A stretch of 41,648 nt of DNA, taken from an uncultured Fibrobacteraceae bacterium (GTDB lineage: Bacteria; Krumholzibacteriota; Krumholzibacteriia; LZORAL124-64-63). Below are positions 37,694-41,648 of the stretch, piece by piece. Within the stretch, counting starts at the first letter, position 1. Every line of letters starts with the position of its first letter. The position numbers and the translations under genes are program-made. Location of the stretch: positions 1-41,648 of the forward strand of contig CAZAHC010000002.1 in NCBI GenBank assembly GCA_964484595.1, read 5' to 3'. Under the pieces are notes generated by a model. That model made no database searches, had not been told where the DNA came from, and saw only the letters and a program-made list of their open reading frames with translations.

Positions 37694-40087
37694 TCAGCGG
37701 ATAATGACCAGCTTGCCGTAGAAGTCGTCTCGCCCGGGAATCTCGGTCTTCCAGATGTAGACGCCGGAGGCCAGCACCTCGCCGCTCTGGTTGGCCGTGT
37801 CCCAGTAGAGATTGGCGCGATCCTCTGGGTTGTCGTGGGCCAGGTCGGCCACGACGTCCCCGTCGAGGGTGAAGACCTTGATGCGGATCTCGCCCGTGTC
37901 CGGAGGATCGGGCAGGTTGGTGAACATCACGTACCGGCCGCCCCGGAAACCGGTTCCCTGCCGCAGGGGATTGGGGATGACTATGACCTCGTCGGTCCCC
38001 TCGCCCCCGGCGAGGGGCTGGCCGTGAACGTTGGCGGTGAATTTGATCAGGTTCCCGGGGCCGGTGAAGGGCGAGTTATCGTCGCCGTCGAACCGGGGCG
38101 AGAACAGCATCTCCTGCGCCAGCGAAGGTGGTTCCACACCAGCGGTGCTACCGTAGTCGAAGGTGGTCACGGCATAGAAATAGGTGAACCCGTTGAAGAC
38201 GTCGTCGTCGAAGAACTCGACCCAGCCCTCTGGGATGCCCAGTCGCTCGGTACATCCAGGATCCATCTTGTTGGGGCAGAAGCAGGCGGCCCGGCGTTCA
38301 CTGAAGCAGTTCGGGTTGATGTTGTAGTTCTGATCCGCGCAGTTCCCCTCGATGCAGGATTCGGGGTTCGTCTTGTCATAGAGGCCGATCAGCTGCATGG
38401 TGGCCGAAGCGACGTCGACGCAGCGCCAGATCGCGTACCCCTGGAAATCCTGGCCGAGGACGCTGAAGGTGGCGCCGGAGTCGACAGGGCCGGCGGCAAA
38501 GGACACCATCATGCCGGTATCGGCGATCGGCAGCAGGGTGCCCGCCTCGTAGATCCCCCCGAAGAGACTGGCCAGGAAGAGATCGCCTTGGCCGGGCCCC
38601 GGCCCCGCCAGCGAGGGGAGGAAGGCGTTGCCGGAGGCGTTAGGCACCGTATCCTCGAACCAGGCCCAGGAAAAACCGCCGTCGCCGCTGGTCAGCAGGT
38701 GGTTGGTGGTGGCGCCGAAAATGGTGCCCGGCAGCAGGGGATCGTAGAAGAGGCTGTGCACGGGTTCCGTGCTTGAAACCTCCTGCGGCAGGATTTCCTC
38801 GGCGACCCGCACCCAGTGAGCACCGCCGTCGGTCGTGCGCCAGATGCCCTTCTTCTCCGTCCCGACCAAAACCTCTTGCGGGTCGGCCGGATTGACGAGG
38901 ACGCTGAGCCCGTTGTGCTTCCAGCCCTCCTCGCCCACGGTGATCCAGTCACCGGTCATGGCTTCCCAGGTCTCGCCGGTGTCGGAAGAGTGAAAGAGAG
39001 CGTTATTATCAACGGCGACGAGCAGGTGATCGGGATTGCTGGGATCGACGACAACCAGGTTCACCTGGGGGAAAACGGTCACCGGCTGTTCGTTCTGGAT
39101 GTCCGGCACCAGCAGGTTTTCCAGATGAACGAAGCTCTGGCCGCCGTCGTGGGAGACGAAGAGGCCGAAGGCCGCCACCGCGACGAAGAGATCCCCGCCG
39201 GGCGTCCAGCTCAGGGCCGTGACCTTGAAGTTGGCCGGGTACGGCAGCCCGGGCGCCAGTTCGGTGGTCCACTGCTGGAAGGAGGCGCCGCCGTCGAAGG
39301 TGATGAAGAGCCCGTCGGCGTTGGTCCCCACGGCAAAAGTGGCGTCATCATCCGGAGCAAAGACCACCTGTCGGGCCAGGAAACCGTCGGGGAAGACGTC
39401 GCTGGCGATCCTGCTCCAAGAACCCTCCGCACTGCCGGTCCTCTCCCACAGACCCTGCGTCCGGCCGGTGGGCTGGGGATCGCCCGCCGAACCCAGCAGG
39501 AGCAGGAAGTGCTCCGGGTCCTGGGGCGACTGGGCGAGCGCGAGGATGTCGGTGTAACGCAAGTGCTGCGGCAGACCGGCGTTCATCTGCGTCCAGGTGT
39601 CGGTCGAACGCTGATAGCGCAGAACGCCCCCGTTGTTGCCGAGCAGGAAGGTCCCGCCGACCGATTCCTCGCCCTCCGGCACGGGGAACCGATCCCCCCA
39701 GTCCACCATGGACATGGTTGCCCAGGTCGTCCCGCCGACCTCGCCGGCGCGGCTGAAGAAAAACTCGACTTCCCGGTCGAAGTCGCTCCGGTATTCACAG
39801 GCCAGATCGAGAGTGACCAGAACCGATTCGGAGTCGATGATGGCCGCGCAGGTGGCGACGCTGTCGGCAAGGTCACGCCAGCGGACGATGGCGCCGAAAC
39901 GTTCGCCGGGGGCGGAAAGCCTCACGCTCAGATCGTCGCCGTCAGGGGATACCAGCGGCAGGAACCCCGCCCCGCAACTCAGTGAATCGGGAACCGTCTG
40001 CGCGAGGTTGAGCCCAGTCCAGGATAGTACAACGACCACCCCGGTGCAGAAGAAAAGCCCGAGCTTCTTCACGCCACCCTGTCTCAT
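37694..40087 (-). CDS. secreted BNR/Asp-box repeat beta-propeller protein with a FlgD-Ig / T9SS-sorting-type C-terminal domain
   Basis: Signal peptide (..KKLGLFFCTGVVVVLSWTGLNLAQT). At least five Asp-box-like repeats (TFDGGASF, SHDGGQSF, SSDTGETW, TTDGGAHW, TSGDGGFSW). C-terminal VIVIPNPL..IKVFTLDGDVVADL..LYWDTANQSGEVLASGVYIWK..GKLVIIR. The alternative GTG start at 40072 gives MKKLGLFF. Confidence 0.75.
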   Translation of the reverse strand: MRQGGVKKLGLFFCTGVVVVLSWTGLNLAQTVPDSLSCGAGFLPLVSPDGDDLSVRLSAPGERFGAIVRWRDLADSVATCAAIIDSESVLVTLDLACEYRSDFDREVEFFFSRAGEVGGTTWATMSMVDWGDRFPVPEGEESVGGTFLLGNNGGVLRYQRSTDTWTQMNAGLPQHLRYTDILALAQSPQDPEHFLLLLGSAGDPQPTGRTQGLWERTGSAEGSWSRIASDVFPDGFLARQVVFAPDDDATFAVGTNADGLFITFDGGASFQQWTTELAPGLPYPANFKVTALSWTPGGDLFVAVAAFGLFVSHDGGQSFVHLENLLVPDIQNEQPVTVFPQVNLVVVDPSNPDHLLVAVDNNALFHSSDTGETWEAMTGDWITVGEEGWKHNGLSVLVNPADPQEVLVGTEKKGIWRTTDGGAHWVRVAEEILPQEVSSTEPVHSLFYDPLLPGTIFGATTNHLLTSGDGGFSWAWFEDTVPNASGNAFLPSLAGPGPGQGDLFLASLFGGIYEAGTLLPIADTGMMVSFAAGPVDSGATFSVLGQDFQGYAIWRCVDVASATMQLIGLYDKTNPESCIEGNCADQNYNINPNCFSERRAACFCPNKMDPGCTERLGIPEGWVEFFDDDVFNGFTYFYAVTTFDYGSTAGVEPPSLAQEMLFSPRFDGDDNSPFTGPGNLIKFTANVHGQPLAGGEGTDEVIVIPNPLRQGTGFRGGRYVMFTNLPDPPDTGEIRIKVFTLDGDVVADLAHDNPEDRANLYWDTANQSGEVLASGVYIWKTEIPGRDDFYGKLVIIR

Positions 40088-40114
40088 TCTACCGGCCTAC
40101 CTTTCCAGCTGCAA
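40086..40114 (-). promoter_or_regulatory. sigma-70-like promoter pattern overlapping the annotated ATG of the BNR gene
   Basis: The minus strand reads TTGCAG - 17 nt - TAGAAT (-35 at 40109-40114, -10 at 40086-40091). The -10 shares two bases with the ATG at 40085-40087. Confidence 0.3.
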
Positions 40115-40134
40115 AGCCTCTCGGAAACGAATCC

Positions 40135-40178
40135 CCCTGCACGGCCTCGGCCCGTTCGACCGAGGCGTAGGTGCAGGG
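40135..40178 (-). terminator. two-tier hairpin downstream of the truncated gene (terminator-like)
   Basis: Outer stem ccctgcac/gtgcaggg (40135-40142 with 40171-40178) and inner stem gcctcgg/ccgaggc (40144-40150 with 40160-40166). On the minus strand it is followed by GGAUUCGUUUCC. It lies about 40 nt after the stop at 40220. Confidence 0.4.
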
Positions 40179-40219
40179 AGACCAGAAATGAAACCCGGTT
40201 GAGCACTGCCAGAGCCGGG

Positions 40220-41648
40220 CTAGTACAAGTCGAGCCCGAAATGTTCACCCAGGATCCAGTAGATCGCCTGCCTGATCTCGGAATGGTCGAAGCGATAGGG
40301 GTCGAACCCCCAGACCACGTCACCCACCTGGCGCGGCTTGGTCGCCTCGAGCTTGTGGGTTATGAAACCGACAATCTGACCGGTCGTCCGGGTACGCCCG
40401 GTACCAGTATCGAGCGCGTGGCGCCCGCAGGCGATCAGCAGATCCTCGCCGGCGAGCATGGGTCGGGGCCAGGCGTTGTCACCGCTGGCGACGTGCAGGT
40501 CCTTGATCCAGTCGAACCGGCTGTAGGCCCGGAACATGGGATCGACGCAGGGCACTCCCTCGCAGAACTGCACGGTCCAGGGAGTCGCGCGCGTCGAGAT
40601 GTTCCCGTCGTAGAACTCATCCGTTCCCCAGTCGAAGGGCTTCAGGCTGTCGCGGTAGGCGGCGGCGAGGTCCTTCCAGTCGATGGTGGGTTCGGTGAAG
40701 ATCGTGTCGGGGAAGACACCTCCCTGGGGGGTGTAGTTCGCCTTGAACTCCGAGTCCACCAGCAGCCCTTTCAGCCCCACGCAGGATGAAGCGCGGGCGC
40801 TGTTGCCGACGCTGCCCTGTCCGGTCTGGCCATAGACGTTGTACTTGGGGGAGAAGTGATCGATCATCGCGAGGCCCAGCCCGCTGTAGGGATAGCGCTC
40901 GCGGCCCAGGAGCTGGGTCGTTCCGTCGGGCAGGGCTCGGGTGCCGAAGCCAAGGTGGAAGATGTTGCCGCCGAACTCGGAGGTGAATTCATTGGTGTCG
41001 AAGATGATCGGCAACATCCAGTTGCGACCTGCGTCCTCGATGAACTCGTTGGCCACTCGCGTGCCCGCGAGGAAGAGATTCCCCACGTCCCGCTGGAAAG
41101 CGGTCATCCAGTTGAAGGGGCTGCTTCCGTCCCGGCGCGGCTTGAGGGTATTCCAGATGTAGTTCTGTACCGCGTACCGGGTGGTGAACAGCATGGCCTT
41201 GTACCTGACCGCATCCCGGTAGGTCATCTGCTCGAACTCCACGTCGATGACGTCCTCTTCCGCGGACCAATCGACAACGCCGCTGGACGTGCTCTCCAGG
41301 AGGTCGATCCAGAATTCATCGCGATAGGCATCTTGATCAAGGGGGGTGACCTCGTCCACGCCCAGCCAGGCCCCGCTCTCGAAATCGAGCACGTTGTCGA
41401 CAAGAAGGAGCTGCCGGGGTCTGGGTTCGGGGACGGGGACCACCTCCAGGACGATGGTCGCCCGCGTCTCCTGGTCGGAATTGTCCCAGGCCTGGACCGT
41501 GAGAGTATGGCTACCGGCGGGGAAGGACCGCACCGGCGCCCGGCGATGCTGGGGCGAGTCGCCTTTCAGGACCGCCCACCCCGGGTCGTCATCGTCCTCG
41601 GGATCAGCGATGTCCTGAGGATCCAAGGGCAGGAGGGTCTGAACCACG
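40220..41648 (-). CDS. hypothetical secreted/surface protein, C-terminal 475 aa (5' end beyond the right window edge)
   Basis: The frame is open to the window edge with balanced composition. An Ig/PKD-like segment (FPAGSHTLTVQAWDNSDQETRATIVLEVV) is followed by about 400 aa that I cannot place (QLLLVDNVLDFESGAWLG..NWMLPIIFDTNEF..FCEGVPCVDPMF..VVWGFDPYRF). Ends ..GEHFGLDLY. Confidence 0.6.
   Translation of the reverse strand, partial: VVQTLLPLDPQDIADPEDDDDPGWAVLKGDSPQHRRAPVRSFPAGSHTLTVQAWDNSDQETRATIVLEVVPVPEPRPRQLLLVDNVLDFESGAWLGVDEVTPLDQDAYRDEFWIDLLESTSSGVVDWSAEEDVIDVEFEQMTYRDAVRYKAMLFTTRYAVQNYIWNTLKPRRDGSSPFNWMTAFQRDVGNLFLAGTRVANEFIEDAGRNWMLPIIFDTNEFTSEFGGNIFHLGFGTRALPDGTTQLLGRERYPYSGLGLAMIDHFSPKYNVYGQTGQGSVGNSARASSCVGLKGLLVDSEFKANYTPQGGVFPDTIFTEPTIDWKDLAAAYRDSLKPFDWGTDEFYDGNISTRATPWTVQFCEGVPCVDPMFRAYSRFDWIKDLHVASGDNAWPRPMLAGEDLLIACGRHALDTGTGRTRTTGQIVGFITHKLEATKPRQVGDVVWGFDPYRFDHSEIRQAIYWILGEHFGLDLY

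Overview
High-G+C bacterial chromosomal segment. I saw no rRNA, tRNA, CRISPR array, transposase or integrase. I call 34 CDS. Three are on the plus strand at the left edge (a trxB fragment, nfnA, nfnB), followed by folE on the minus strand. From 4222 to the right edge there is an unbroken run of 30 minus-strand genes. Most are housekeeping: purine synthesis (purN, purM, purE, purD), one-carbon and pentose metabolism (folE, glyA, rpiB), translation (argS, rsfS, tsaC-like), envelope biogenesis (lnt, tatC), nrdR, ppdK, carbamate kinase, an aminotransferase, a PfkB kinase and a polyprenyl synthase. Signalling proteins include a sigma-54 activator, a membrane HD-GYP protein and an LMW phosphatase. 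The non-housekeeping content lies at about 25.7-34.8 kb and 37.7-41.6 kb. It comprises a DUF4388-like protein, a 777-aa three-TM BatA-like protein, and a secreted protein with two lamin-tail-like domains and a FlgD-Ig/T9SS-type C-terminal domain. That secreted protein is followed by two translationally coupled beta-barrel-like ORFs. Also present are a 550-aa protein with no recognisable family, a BNR/Asp-box propeller carrying the same C-terminal domain, and a truncated secreted protein of unknown type. This envelope cluster is my best candidate for an undescribed system. Several sigma-70-like promoter patterns, hairpin terminators and an A+T-rich island occupy the short intergenic gaps. All family assignments rest on motifs I recognise by eye in the supplied translations; no database or HMM search was possible. 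Many long alternative-frame ORFs in the track are artefacts of high G+C.
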